Below, piece after piece: positions 1-11,888 of a stretch of 64,000 bases of DNA (position 1 is the first letter of the stretch; every line of letters begins with the position of its first letter). The notes beneath the pieces are model-generated. The model worked only from the letters and a program-made list of their open reading frames with translations. It did not search any database and had not been told where the DNA came from. The stretch is from Azolla caroliniana (Eukaryota; Plantae; Polypodiophyta): the NCBI GenBank assembly GCA_043228905.1, contig JBHGNT010000001.1, forward strand, positions 21,824,001 to 21,888,000, written 5' to 3'. The position numbers and the translations under genes were made by a program.

Positions 1-1272
1 CTTCTCGCAGTCATCGATGTGCGTCGCCACGAATTTCCGGCACCCGTCCGGTCCGATCGTCTCGTCATTTTCCTCCACCGGGCATCCCTTGATCGGGACG
101 TCGTCCAGAAATGGCATGGTGATGTCCGGGATACAATCCCTCAGCACCTTGTTCATTGCGTTCACCATGTGAGCCACCGAGTTCGTCCCTCCTTGCAGTA
201 GGGTACACATCCGTACTAGACCAAGAGGAGTTCGCATTGTCGTGATGCCTCTGCTTTCTATGGCTAGCTGAAACTGATCGTACCCCGAGTAGAGATCACC
301 GACCGAGTATATCGACCTTCCGGCGAAGGCCTCCGCGAACTCGTCTATTGTCGGTCTGATTCCTGCGTTTCGAATGGTCACCTTATTGACCGGCCGCAGG
401 TCTTGAATAAAGCGCAGCGTGCCGTCCTTCTTCGGCACGGTAAACCACCGATTCGAGTACGGGGCACTCGACGGTTCGAGGATTCCCATCTCGACCTTCT
501 GCTTTAACAACTCCATCAGCTTTGGGATGTGAGCTCTGGGTACTGGAATCGGTTTGAGACTCCACGGCACATGCGGTACTGTGAATATCACCATCGGTTC
601 CACAACTGTCGGGTCTACGCACCCGATCTCCTCCGGTGAGAATGCGAAAGCCTTCTCGTGCCTTCTGAGCATTCCCCGAAACCGGTCCTCCTCCGCCGGC
701 AGTAGGAAGCCGCCCCCACCGACCTTGAGCTCCCGTAGCGTTATGTCGGTGAACGTGTGTCCTATGCGGGCCGGATTTAGTAAACTCGGGTCCAACGCAA
801 CCCCCTTTATTCGCAACTTGCTGCCCTCCGGCAAGGGAGCCGCGACTGGCCTCACCTTCCGGTCCACAGTCTTGTACCTCATGTCCACTCGGGCCGTTCG
901 AACCGACTCGAACCCTCTCCTGAAGTCCGTGATGACTTCGTACATCCTTTCCGAACATACCGGAATCGTCCGGTCCTCTTTGAGGACTCCTCCGACTACC
1001 TCTCGCAGCTCCCCCAAGGTATCGTCGAAAGAGACCGCCTCCATGGCTCCGTTGATTTCCTCTCCGAGGCCGAGGATACCACATGCCCGAAGTCGCTCCT
1101 CCACCCTCTTCTTCTTCCGCCCAGCAACGTCAACTATCGTACACCCTCCGTTGTCGGAGAACCAAAATTTCCTACTTATAGTACAGGTCTTCTTCGCTAT
1201 CGTACACTTGTGGGGTTTTCCCGGAGTGTCTGGACTATCGCAGCCCCACGCCTTGATAGCCCTCTCTAAAAA
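1..1272 (-). CDS. G1 pol (spacer + reverse transcriptase), open to the window edge, in the -1 frame relative to gag-pro
   Basis: Hand translation has no stops: YKTVDRKVRPV...YSNRWFTVPKKDGTLRFIQDLRPVN...GDLYSGYDQ...LLQGGTNS...PFLDD. It is absent from the ORF track because its stop lies outside the window. Confidence 0.9.
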
Positions 1273-3392
1273 TCGTCTTGGCTTTCGCCCCCGAGGGTCT
1301 CGCGGTTCCGCTCATGGTTCGGTCTCACCGTCAGGAACTAGCTTGAGTGACGCCCATCCTGGCTCTTGACACTTGCATAGGCCGAGCCGTTGTCCAGCAC
1401 CTTGGTCTCCATCCGTGCTGCCGTGATGTACGGTTCTCCTAGTAAAACCGGATGTGAGGACGTCTCTTGCATGAAGAAGTGTTGGTCAATCTCGACATCG
1501 CCGATCTTTACTCGTACATTCGGGCAGGCTCCATGCAGTTCTTCGGTGCCACGCATCACTGCCCGTATCTTCCACCCGTGATTGGTGTTGATCGGCCATT
1601 TCCCCTTCTTGTAGAAGTCCATGGACATCAAATTGATTTCTGAACCGTGGTTCACCAACACCACCACCGGTTCATGAACATCTCCGATCTTCACGGGGGT
1701 CTCCGTAGTCGCCCTGGCCCAGTGCGGCCTCAAATAGTGGCTCTCCGCCAACTCGTCTTCCAGTGCCATGTCCTCTATGTGCGTCGTTCGCACCTCCACC
1801 GGCTTCTCCGGTTCTTCCTCTGTTGACAGCCTCTTCCTCTTCACCAAGTCTACGATGGAGTCGTGGAACTCCTTCTTGGCGATCCCAAGCACTTCCCTCA
1901 GCGACAATTCGACCTTGATGTCGAGGATTCGTTCTTCCAGGACCTTTCGCAGGTCCATGGTTCTTTCGATTTCTATGCCCAGCCGGTATCCGCCCCTCTT
2001 GGGATTATCCTGGGCGCCGGTTACACCGGCCTCATTCCGCCTTTGCCCAAACCGAGTTTCATACCGTTGCGAGGGCCCGGCCCCTCCGGTTTTCCCTACC
2101 CGCTTGTCCTCCACCAGAGCCTCGTAGTTTTGACAAGCGGCTTCGACGAAGCCCGTCTTTTCTTCCACCGAGTCACTCCACCCGGTTACCTCCCGGACCC
2201 ATTTTTCCGCACGGTCCACCTCTTCTTTCCTCAGTCGTGCGCCAGCGAGGCCTTCCAGCATCGTCGGCCAGAACCCAGCTTTGTTCATCTTCGGGGCCTC
2301 GCCTCCTCCGACCTGAATACCAGCTGACGCCGAGTAGTGGGCGGTCTCTGCGTGACGAGCCGCCGCCTCCTCCATCAGCCTTTTCATACCCCCTCGCCCG
2401 ACGTTCAGATTCAGGGCCCTTCGGGTCTCGCTGGCGTGCACCCGACCGTTCCACAGGTACACCACGTTGCTTCTCATTGCCTCGATGAAGTCCCCGCAGT
2501 CCTTTCGGATGTGCCCAACCGCCTCACACCACATGCACCTGTTTTCAGCCAGAGGTCGTCGGTCATGGGCTTGTTCACCACCATCCCTCCGTGCCTGGGC
2601 GATCTGGAGATCCCTTACCATCCGCGACAACTCCTCCAGAGCTGCTCCCCCAGACGAGCCCTTGACCACGCCGGTTGAAGCCGACCCGGTCTCGAGCCAA
2701 TCTCGGGTCTCTTCCCTTCACGTTGGTGGTGTTGGCTCGTGCTTCTTTGCTGCGACAGAGCCTGCCCCTGTCGACCCTTTGTCAGCCCATTCCTGCCATT
2801 TGTCGAAACGGCCACAGACCCTTTTCACCACGGCCCAGTCAGCCGTCAGCCCGTCATCAGTCTCCAATAGGACGCCTACCTGCTCCCAATCCCGCTCGTC
2901 AACCGACTTAACAAACAATAGGACACGACTTGTGTCCAGAACGGTCCGGTCAAGCACCGAGAGGCGCGCGAAGCGTTCCTCAAACTCCCGAAGGAGCACT
3001 GACGCGTTCCTTCCTTTGTCGGGGGTCTCTACCCATTCCATTAAGTCCCGCTTCGAAAGTCGAAGCGCATCTTCAAGCCCGTATCTTTCGAGGAGCCGAC
3101 CTTCGAACTCCTTCCAGGTCCGACTCTCGGCCCGTACCTCGAGCACTTCCGTATGGATACCCGGCATCGCCACTCGAGGGAATCCGGCCAGACGCCTCTC
3201 TTCCAGGATGTCCCTCATTACCATCTCATCCCGGTAGGACGCCAAGTAGCTCGTGGCATCCTTCCCACTAAACCGGCCGATCGTACCGACAACCGCCTCG
3301 ATAGCCCTATCAAGGGTGCCGGTGCCTTCGCGCGCACTCACTATACAGTCCACAGCCGAAGCCATGGCTTCTGCGAGGTCCGACCCCCTCAT
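1266..3392 (-). pseudogene. G1 gag-protease ORF with two in-frame nonsense codons
   Basis: ORFs 2718-3392 and 1338-2669 are in the same frame. They contain the knuckle CMWCEAVGHIRKDC and protease-like VLVNHGSEIN...LLGEP. Internal stops at 2718-2720 (TGA) and 1338-1340 (TAG); likely natural stop GAT TTT TAG at 1266-1274. Confidence 0.88.
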
Positions 3393-3414
3393 CTTCTACT
3401 CCTCTGCCGCCTGA

Positions 3415-3431
3415 TCACGTCGGGTTCACCA
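3415..3431 (-). promoter_or_regulatory. Primer-binding site complementary to tRNA-Trp 3' end
   Basis: Plus strand reads TCACGTCGGGTTCACCA, the 3' end of plant cytosolic tRNA-Trp as I recall it. It lies 4 nt from the LTR. Confidence 0.85.
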
Positions 3432-3435
3432 AATA

Positions 3436-4123
3436 TGTCGCGTTACGCGCATGCATGGAGAACAAGGCGGGACCACTAGGGTCTTGGACCGAGGAATAGG
3501 TGAGGAAGCGAAAGGAGAGAAAGAGAGAGACACTCGCTCACGCATAGACAAAGAAGCGCACGGGGCGCTCGCACAACAACACAGGAGACACAAGTTGAGA
3601 ACACTAGAGTATGTATGTAACAATATGCATGTATTTGCGTGTATGCAGACGACTCGAACGGTTACAACCGACCAGGTCGGCGAGGCGGATGCCGGCGCCT
3701 GATCACCCACGCACGCAGGAGAGCAAGATGGAGATTCTGCGGAAAGCACACGGGCGTTCCACGAAGCAAAATCAGCCTCTCGAGAACCTGCGCCAAGAAA
3801 GCTATGGAGAACGACAGAGGAGAAGAGCTCGGTCCCAGTCCGACAGCACTTCGTCCCCTCTAGCGCGCGATACCCCCATCTCTCCCCCGTATCCCTCTCT
3901 TTTATAGCTCAAGGAGGGAGGCCATCTTGCCCGTTTACATCACATTAATTCTCTGTCCTTTCGGACAGAGATACTCCTCGATTCTCCCTATAGAATATTG
4001 CTACCTAGGATCTAACCCTTGCGCCTACCTATCTACTATACGAGAAGGGACGCGCCCACGTGTAAGGGCCGGTTCACACACACTATACACGGTTTGCGCT
4101 TGGGGACGGTTTTCTTCACGACA
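3436..4123 (-). repeat. G1 5' LTR (688 bp)
   Basis: TG...CA termini with inverted ends; TATA-like TATAAAA on the minus strand near 3900; clearly similar to the LTR at 5523-6264. Confidence 0.88.
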
Positions 4124-5151
4124 ACGCTCACTACGGGATCGCGGTGGATGACCTATTGACAGGTCGAACAAGCCTACGGGGAGGCAAACACGGAGAAGGA
4201 ACCGGAGCCGACGATTTGGACTGGCGAGGCCAACGCGCGACCGGAATGCGTATTATGGAAGATCGGTTCCTCACCGGTTGGAATCTCTCACCCCTCTCCG
4301 AACTTGGCACGTACGAGTGGAAGTGTGGTTTGGTGGGTGCGGATGTCGTAAAGATTTTGGGCCATGGTGAGAAACCGGGGAATATCAGAAGAATCGGCGG
4401 AGTGCATCATGTGCACTTACCCTTGTAGTGCCTTTATGGCGCCGCGTAGGAGTGAAGTTGGGACAAAGAATCCCATGTAAATCGGGATTTATCCCACATT
4501 GTAACGCATCCCTCTCCTTGTTCTATAAAAGGAAGGGAGGGTCCCTTGTAGAGGGGTTGCCCATTTTGAGTTAGGACGGTATACCACTGGTCGAAGGGGT
4601 GTTAGTTCTTCTTCTTCTTCTTCTTCTTCTTCTTCTTCTTCTTCTTCTTCTTCTTCGTCGTCGTCGTTGTGTGGGTTGAGTCTTCATGTCTGTTTAGGGT
4701 TTAGTCCGGTTCGGAGCTCGCGTGTCCGAAAAGGTTTAGGCTTCTACCCTGTCTTCTGTGCAAGACCCCACTCGGCGCGACAAGCCCGAGAGCTCCCCGA
4801 TCGGCGGCTTGGCAGCGGACTGCTGTTGTAACCTAACCTACCTTGGTCCGGCTCGAAGCCAAAGTTGTATCTTGCTCTTGTAATTATATATATAAAAGGT
4901 TGTGCATATTTGTGTCTCTGTTGGTGTCGGATGCGTTTCTTTCCCTCTATTTCCTACACATAAGAGGCATGACTTGAGTCGGTGTTCCATGAGTTGAGTC
5001 GGTGTTGCGCACGTTGTCTCTCTCTCTCCCTCTCTCGTGTTTAGTAGCCGTCGGTACGCGTCCGGAATCGCTTCTCGACATCCATCTCTTCCTCGTCTGA
5101 GACCCCCATGGTCTCGCCCCTTTTGACACGTACTCTCGGATTACCGCGACA
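4124..5151 (+). mobile_element. Right part of an LTR of another family ('X'); interrupts G2 gag and is itself interrupted by G1
   Basis: TATAAAA near 4524, (TTC)17 tract, ends ...CCGCGACA at 5151 exactly where G2 gag homology resumes. Confidence 0.65.
4606..4665. repeat. (TTC)17(GTC)3 microsatellite
   Basis: Read directly from the sequence. Confidence 0.95.
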
Positions 5152-6264
5152 ACGTCATCAAGCATGTACCTTTCGAGGAGCCGTGCTTCGAATTCTCCCC
5201 AGGTCCGGCATCCGGCCTGTACCTTGAGCACCTCTGCATGGATGCCCGGTGTCGGCACCCGAGGGAAGCCGACTAGACGCCTATCCTCCGGAATGTCCCT
5301 CATCACCATCTCGGCTTGGTAGGCCTCCAAATAGCTCGTGGCGTCCTTCCCACTGAACTGGCCTATTGTGCCGAAAATTGTCTCAATGGCCCTATCAAGG
5401 GCGCTCGTGCCCTCACGAGCACTTACTATCCAATCAACTACTACTGCCATGGCTTTGGCGAGCTCTGATCCCCTCATCTTCGACTCCTCGACTGCCTTGT
5501 TTCACGTCGGGTTCACCAAGTATGTCATGTTGTTCCGCTTTCGCGTAGCAAATAAGGTGGGACCATGTGGGCCCTGAATCGAGGAGCAAGAGAAAGAAGA
5601 AGGTGGGGTGGGAGAAGAGCGCACGCGTAGAGCCGGTTAGGCCCGCTTACAACCGACAGCGCTTGTCGGCTGAATGAACCACTAACGCATATACCGACTG
5701 AACAAGATGCACGCTCACGTAAAGGGAGACTCGCAGAAAAACGGAGAGAGGGAAACAAGAGATTCGATTCCAATATTAGTAAAGGTTACAGTGTTTGCAA
5801 GATGACAACCGGATAGCCGGCGACAGACCCAACCCGGGCAATCACACACCCACGTACACATGCAGTAGAGCCTCTACCGGAAGCACACGGGCTTTCCTCG
5901 AAGCAAAGACAACCGGCTCAGAAAACCTGCAGAAAACAACGATAGAGGAGGAGAGCGCTCGGCTCCCAGTCCGACAGCACCTCGTCCTCGCCAAAACGCC
6001 CCCCTGTTTCAGCCATCTCCCCTTTTCTTTTATAAGCCGCCGAGGAGGGCCATCACATCCTAAGTACATCATCTTTATTCTCTGTCCCTTCGGACAAAGA
6101 TACGCATCGATTTCCTAGATAATAAATCTGTACTACCTAGTATATTTACATCAGCCGACCTATTCCTAATTATGTACACCTTATCAATACTTGTGCCCGC
6201 ACGTAAGGGCCGGTTCATACACCTTTTTCACCGATTCCACCTAAGCCCGGTTTTCTTCACGACA
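5152..6264 (-). mobile_element. Ty3/gypsy 'G2' (tRNA-Trp family): 5' LTR, PBS and gag N-terminus
   Basis: LTR 5523-6264; 18-nt PBS TTCACGTCGGGTTCACCA at 5501-5518; gag MRGSELAKAM... from 5477 is homologous to G1 gag and is truncated at 5152 by LTR X. Confidence 0.88.
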
Positions 6265-6811
6265 ACGGAAGCTCAAGATTTCTTCGACAAAGTAGGTGTT
6301 GTGCGAGCAAGCTCAACTGGATTCGGAAACACAAGTCGGATCGGTATCCGGATACTCGGTCGGATCGGGGAGACGAATCAGAGAGCCAGATGTGAGTACG
6401 AACCGGAAGCCTAGGAATAGCCTTGACTACTAGGTAATCATTTTCTCGTAGTTAGGGTCAACCGCATGTAGGAATATTGAAATACCTGTCAGTACTTCTG
6501 TCAGTCCTTTATTGACTTGTATAACCATGCTCTCTAAGCACATTCTATGTACGCAGAGTACTTTCATTATTTTGAATTAAGTTTATGTTCTGCTCTCTCT
6601 CTCTCTGTCTCTCCCACGCGTATTCTCTATGTTAAGTTCTCCATTAAACCTTTTCTCATTTTCTGTTGCTATCCGGCTGAGCCGGTTTTTCTAACACTTC
6701 TGCACACTAACTTTCACATGGAATCAGAGCGCAAGGGTTGAGAACGTCTGTAGCCGACAAACGCTTTCGAAGACAAACCCTAATAACCAGTAACAACAGA
6801 CAAAGAAAGGT

Positions 6812-9800
6812 ATGGACAAAGGTATGGTGAGTTCACTTCCAACAGAGAAGCTCAACCAGAGGAACTATGCATCTTGGTCATATAAAATGCACCAGTACTT
6901 GTTGGGGCATAGTTATTAGAGCTAAGTGGAAGGAACTAACAAGGTAGCACCAGAGCCGACACACAATGATTTCCCGATATGGGAGCAAGGAGCAAGCCGA
7001 GTATTGTACTACCTTGCATCCTATGTGCATGATCAAATGCTCAGCTACATAAAGGATGCAAAGACGCCAAAGGAGACCTGGGAAAATCTATGGAAGCTTT
7101 TCGCTGCAAGTACCACAGCCCGTAAGTTTCAGCTCCGATAAGAGTTGAACAACATCTGGCAAAGAGACATGTCGGTTATGGATTACACCACCAAAATAAA
7201 GGAGATTTGTGATGCACTCGAGTCCATCAACGTGACAGTGGACGAAGACGAGATGGTACAAATCTGCCCCGGTGGCCTAGCGCAAAGGTACAGGCCAATC
7301 CAGATAGCGATCTACACCCGGGAGAAGCCACCGACTTTCTTTGATTTGCAATCGATGCTAATGATTGAAGAAAACCATGTGAGTGGGTCGAGGACCACTC
7401 AATCGGACGGTTGGATGCTGTACACAGAGACAGATCGTCCCCATGGATGTGGTGGACAAGGTGGGTCGGCAAACAATGGAGGCAACCGGCAAGAGTAGGA
7501 CCGGAGGCACAGAGGTAGTGCCGACAGCAGTTCCAGCCCCTCCACAAGCAGGGGGAGTCAAAGCGGCGTCAGAAGCCGGCAAGGAAAAGCCTACATGGAA
7601 TGTTGGTACTGTGGCAAAAAGGGTCATAGGGAAAGAGAGTGTTACAAAAAGGGCCACAAATCCGGATCTGGCAAAGCTAGTCGGGAAAACCAGCAAAGCT
7701 CGCACTATGCAAAAGGATTGGAATGATCCAGAACCGGGAAGACCGGTAAAGGACCAGCCTTCGTGATGAAGCACAAGGCTAACTGGATGAAGAAGCCTAC
7801 TTCCAAATCAGAGGAAGTATGTTATGCTGATTTCGGAGCGTCCAACCACAAATGAGCCATGAAGAGTGGTTATCCTTTTTGGAAAAACTGGAACAACTAG
7901 GGATTGTCAAAACCGGAGACGACACCCCTCACCCAATTGTGCAGGTCAGAGAAGTCCCTTTAAGCCATGTCGGACAAAAGCGGAAGCTGATGAATGTACT
8001 ACACGTTCCAACTATCACAAAGAACCTATCGGTCGGACAAATCATCGACTATGGAATGCAGGTGCGGTTTACATTCCGACTATCACAAAGAACGTATTAG
8101 TCAGACAAATCGTCGACTACGGAATGCAGGTGCGGTTTACGCACCTCGGGTGCTTCATCGAGGAAGAAGGCTAGATAATTGCGCAAGGGCGTAGAGAAGG
8201 GAAGATGTTCATCCTCAACACTAATGACATCGGCACCGCCATGTTTGCCAACGGATAGAAGATTGAATCGTACATCAATCTCTGACATAAGAGGATCGGC
8301 CACGTCAACTACCGGAGGCTTCAAGACCTGCAATTGAAACAAGTTGTGTTGGGATTGCCGAAATTCAGTGGCCGGAAGGCCTAAATATGTGAAGCTTGCC
8401 AACTTAGGAAGCAACACTGGCTTCCATTCCCCACCGAACAAAACTAGAGCCGTAACAAGCTTGATCTAATCCATTCGGATGTATGGGGACCGGCACAGAA
8501 TGTTAGTCTTGGCGAGAGTCGGTATTTTGTCTCCTTCATCAACGACTACAGCCGGCACACATGGGTCTACCTCATTGAGAGGAAGAGCAAAGTCTTCGAA
8601 TGTTTTCGAAACCTTCAAAGCTTAGTTGAACAGGAAATGGAGAGGAAGATCAAGTGACTGTAGTCGGATGGTGGAAAAGAATACTTTTCCGGCCAATTCA
8701 ACAATTATCTGCAGCAAAACGGAATTCAGAGAGAATTGAGTTGTAGATACACACTAGAGCAAAACAGTGTGGTTGAAAGGAAGAATTGGTCGACTGTCGA
8801 CGCGACAAGGGCAATGTTGGAGGAGAAAAGCATGCCCCTATTCTACTGGGCTGAGGTGGTCCAGACAGCTGTCTACATCCAAAATTGGATCGGAGACAAG
8901 GTGTCAACACATGACCTGTATTTTGGGTGGAAACCGAATTTGAGACACCTTCGGATATTTGGCAGCATAGCATATGTGCATGTACCGGATGAAAAATAGA
9001 AGAAGCTAAATCCGAAATCGGAGAAATGCATCCTTGTCGGTTACTCGCATAACCCCCGAACTAAACTGGTACGAGTAAGTCGAGATGTCGAGTTTGATGA
9101 GTTGGCATCATGGTACACCCTCCCGACTCCAATTCCCGACGAAGACCTAATTCCGGAAGATGAGGCTAGTTAGGCCGAGGAGGTTCAGGAAGAAGATGAA
9201 GACTTCGGCACTCTAAAAGAGAGTTTGATCTCATTCCGGCTAAGTGGACCGAATGAGCGGCTGAGTCGGGAAGACCAGTCGAATGAAGAACCCGCGAGTA
9301 GTGGAGACTCTGTCGTGCTCTCCCCGCGCAATGGATCGAGGAGACGGTTCACATGCAAAGAGAAGGGGAAGAAGAAGATGCCGGAATACGATACCGGCAG
9401 TGAAGGGTCAGATCGTAGCGGACCTAACCCCGAAAAGGAAGAAGGAGGATCTTCAGAAAGGAAGTCTGAACAGGCCACGAAGGGCCTCAAACCGGCTAAC
9501 GGAAAGTTACGTCACTCAATCCGCCAGAAAAACACCGTCTAGAGGTACGGATACAATGAGTACATGGCGCATCACTATGCATACACGACTAAGGTGGCGG
9601 ACATGCGTGAGCCGGAGAGCTACGCAGAAGCAACAAAAGACGCAAATTGGCATGCTGTTATGGACGAAGAAATGCGGGCACTAGATGCCAACGACACATG
9701 GGACCTGGTTGACCAACCCCGATAGTGCAAACCAATCAGTTGCAAGTGGGTTTAAAAGGTAAAGTACAACGTCGACGGTACGGTCAATCGGTACAAAGCC

Positions 9801-11800
9801 CGGTTAGTGGCGAACGGATACGCACAGACCCACGGAATCAACTCCGACGAGACCTTCGCTCCGGTAGCGAAGATGACGACGGTTCGCGTGGTACTAGCGG
9901 TTGCTGCAGCAAGGGGATGACATCTTCACCAAATGGACGTGAAGAATGCATTTCTTCAAGGTGATCTTGAAGAACAGGTCTATAGGATCCAACCCCTCGG
10001 TTTCCAATCGGAGATGAACAAGTCAGTAGTGTGCCGACTCAAGCAGTCGCTTTACGGTCTGAAACAAGCCCCCCGAGCGTGGAATGCAAAGATCAAGCAC
10101 CGGTTGCGTAAGATGGGGTTTGTGGCCTCTAAGTCTGACTCTTCATTGTTCATCCGAAATGGTCCGGACGGTTCGGTTTGCATTTTTCTTTATGTAGATG
10201 ATTTAGTCATCACCAGACCCGGTCTCGTTGAAATCGGCCGAGTGAAGTCCCAGTTGTCAAACGCATTTGAAATGAAGGACTTGGGGGACCTTCATTATTT
10301 TCTTGGGATCGAGGTGATCTGAACCCCAAATGGCATATTTCTCTCACAACGCCATTATGCGTTGAATATGTTGTACAAGTTTAGCATGACAGAATGCCGA
10401 CCGATCTCTACACCCCTAGACCAGAAGCTAAAGCTACGTCCCGACTCCGGACCGGCCTGCGATGAGAAACAGTTCCATCAAATTGTCAGAAGCCTCATAT
10501 GCCTGACAATCACTCGACCCGACATCAGTTACCCGGTCGGAGTGATCAGCCAGTTCATGCAGAAGCCGACCGTCGAGCACCTTCAGTGCATACACCGGAT
10601 ACTCCGTTATGTTAGTGGCACGAAGGATCAGGGACTGTTATACCGACACGGTATAGCTGGGAAGCTAGTTGGATATACCGATGCCGACTGGGCTAGTGAT
10701 GCATCAGATTTCCGATCCACCTCTGGTTACATGTTTTCTCTTGGTAGCGCGACTGTTCCGTGGAGCAACAAAAAGCAGCAAACAGTGGCTTTCTTGAGCA
10801 TTGAGGCTGAGTATGGGGGCGCTACCATTTCCACCTCTGAAGCCATCTGGCTTCAACGACTACTGCGTCACCTCCAGATCGAGGTGCCGACCCCGATTCC
10901 GATCCATTGTGACAACATGAGCAGCATACAACTCACCAAGAACCCTGTATTCCATGCTCGGACAAAGCACATAGAAGTGCATTATCACTTTATTCGTGAG
11001 CGGGTCTGAGAGGTGAAGTTGAACTTCGGTATGTTCACACGAATTGACAAGTTGCCGACATCTTCACCAAGCCGCATGGATCGGACAACTCGCAACACTT
11101 TTCGGAGATGATTGGCATTCAGCATCTCGATGTGCCACACTTGAGGGGGAGAACAGGAGATGGAGCGGATGGCACCGGACAAGGAGCCGGAGAGGAAGAA
11201 AGAACAAACAAAGGGGGAGACCAGAGGAAAATGGAGGCCGAATCGACGAAGGGAGTTGGCACGTCCGAACAAGTCGGAATGAGCGGCAACGACAGCAGAG
11301 TCAAGAAGGACAGAGCCGACGGGAAGGAGAAGGCCAAGACCCAGACATGGTCTAATGTGGTGAAGGGCCTGAAACTGGGAGACGAGTTGGAGAACACCGA
11401 CCCGGACAAGAGCCAAAACAAATCGGGGGAGACCGATTCGGACAAGAGCTTGAACAAATCGGAGGAAACCGATTCAGTTCAAGATTCGGAGAAGTCAGAT
11501 CAACTAAAGGCCAACCGGACGAGAAGGCAACGGAAGTCGATACCGACACGGAGGAACCGATGGATCGACAAACGCCGAAGTCATAACAATGAAGGAGCTG
11601 AAATGGTATTGTTGAGCAGACAAGCCGACCAAGGAGGTCAAGGTGCGTAGTACTGGACGGGTCACGAGAAGCGGAACCGGACCAGAGGAGGAGCGCGAGT
11701 AAGGCGGGAGGACGTCAGATGGAGCCGGAGGAAAGGACCGGCTACTGCAAACACTAACACCATGATCCGACCTCAAGTTGAACTTTAGGGGAAGTGTTGA
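6812..11800 (+). pseudogene. Copia A gag-pol polyprotein relic with C-terminal extension
   Basis: Collinear with the near-intact copia F ORF: CWYCGKKGH knuckle, MDVKNAFLQG, LYVDD, GYTDADWA, HARTKHIEVHYHFIRE. Many stops and frameshifts. Confidence 0.9.
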
Positions 11801-11888
11801 GCGATCAAGCTCAACTAGATCCAGATCTACTGAATAAGCCAGAGCCAGATCAGTATCTGGATGATATCCGGAAGGATGAGCCGGATCG

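Larger units (their letters stand above)
1..4123 (-). mobile_element. Ty3/gypsy LTR retrotransposon 'G1' (tRNA-Trp-primed family), 5' half; runs off the left edge of the window
   Basis: 5' LTR at 3436-4123 (minus strand TGTCGTGAAG...CGCGACA), PBS at 3415-3431, then gag, zinc knuckle, protease and RT in gypsy order. Confidence 0.93.

Noticed and set aside
383-1369. Long alternative ORFs (383-1084 minus, 554-1369 plus) and similar shadows over the copia elements
   Set aside because: Off-frame or antisense shadows of GC-rich TE coding sequence; no independent motifs.
2718-2720. Programmed readthrough at the gag TGA (and at 54114 in copia F)
   Set aside because: Homologous copies have Arg there (G4 CGA; copia A and E AGA), so these are point mutations.
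3415-3431. tRNA-Trp gene
   Set aside because: Only the 3' 17-18 nt including CCA are present, adjacent to an LTR; this is a PBS.
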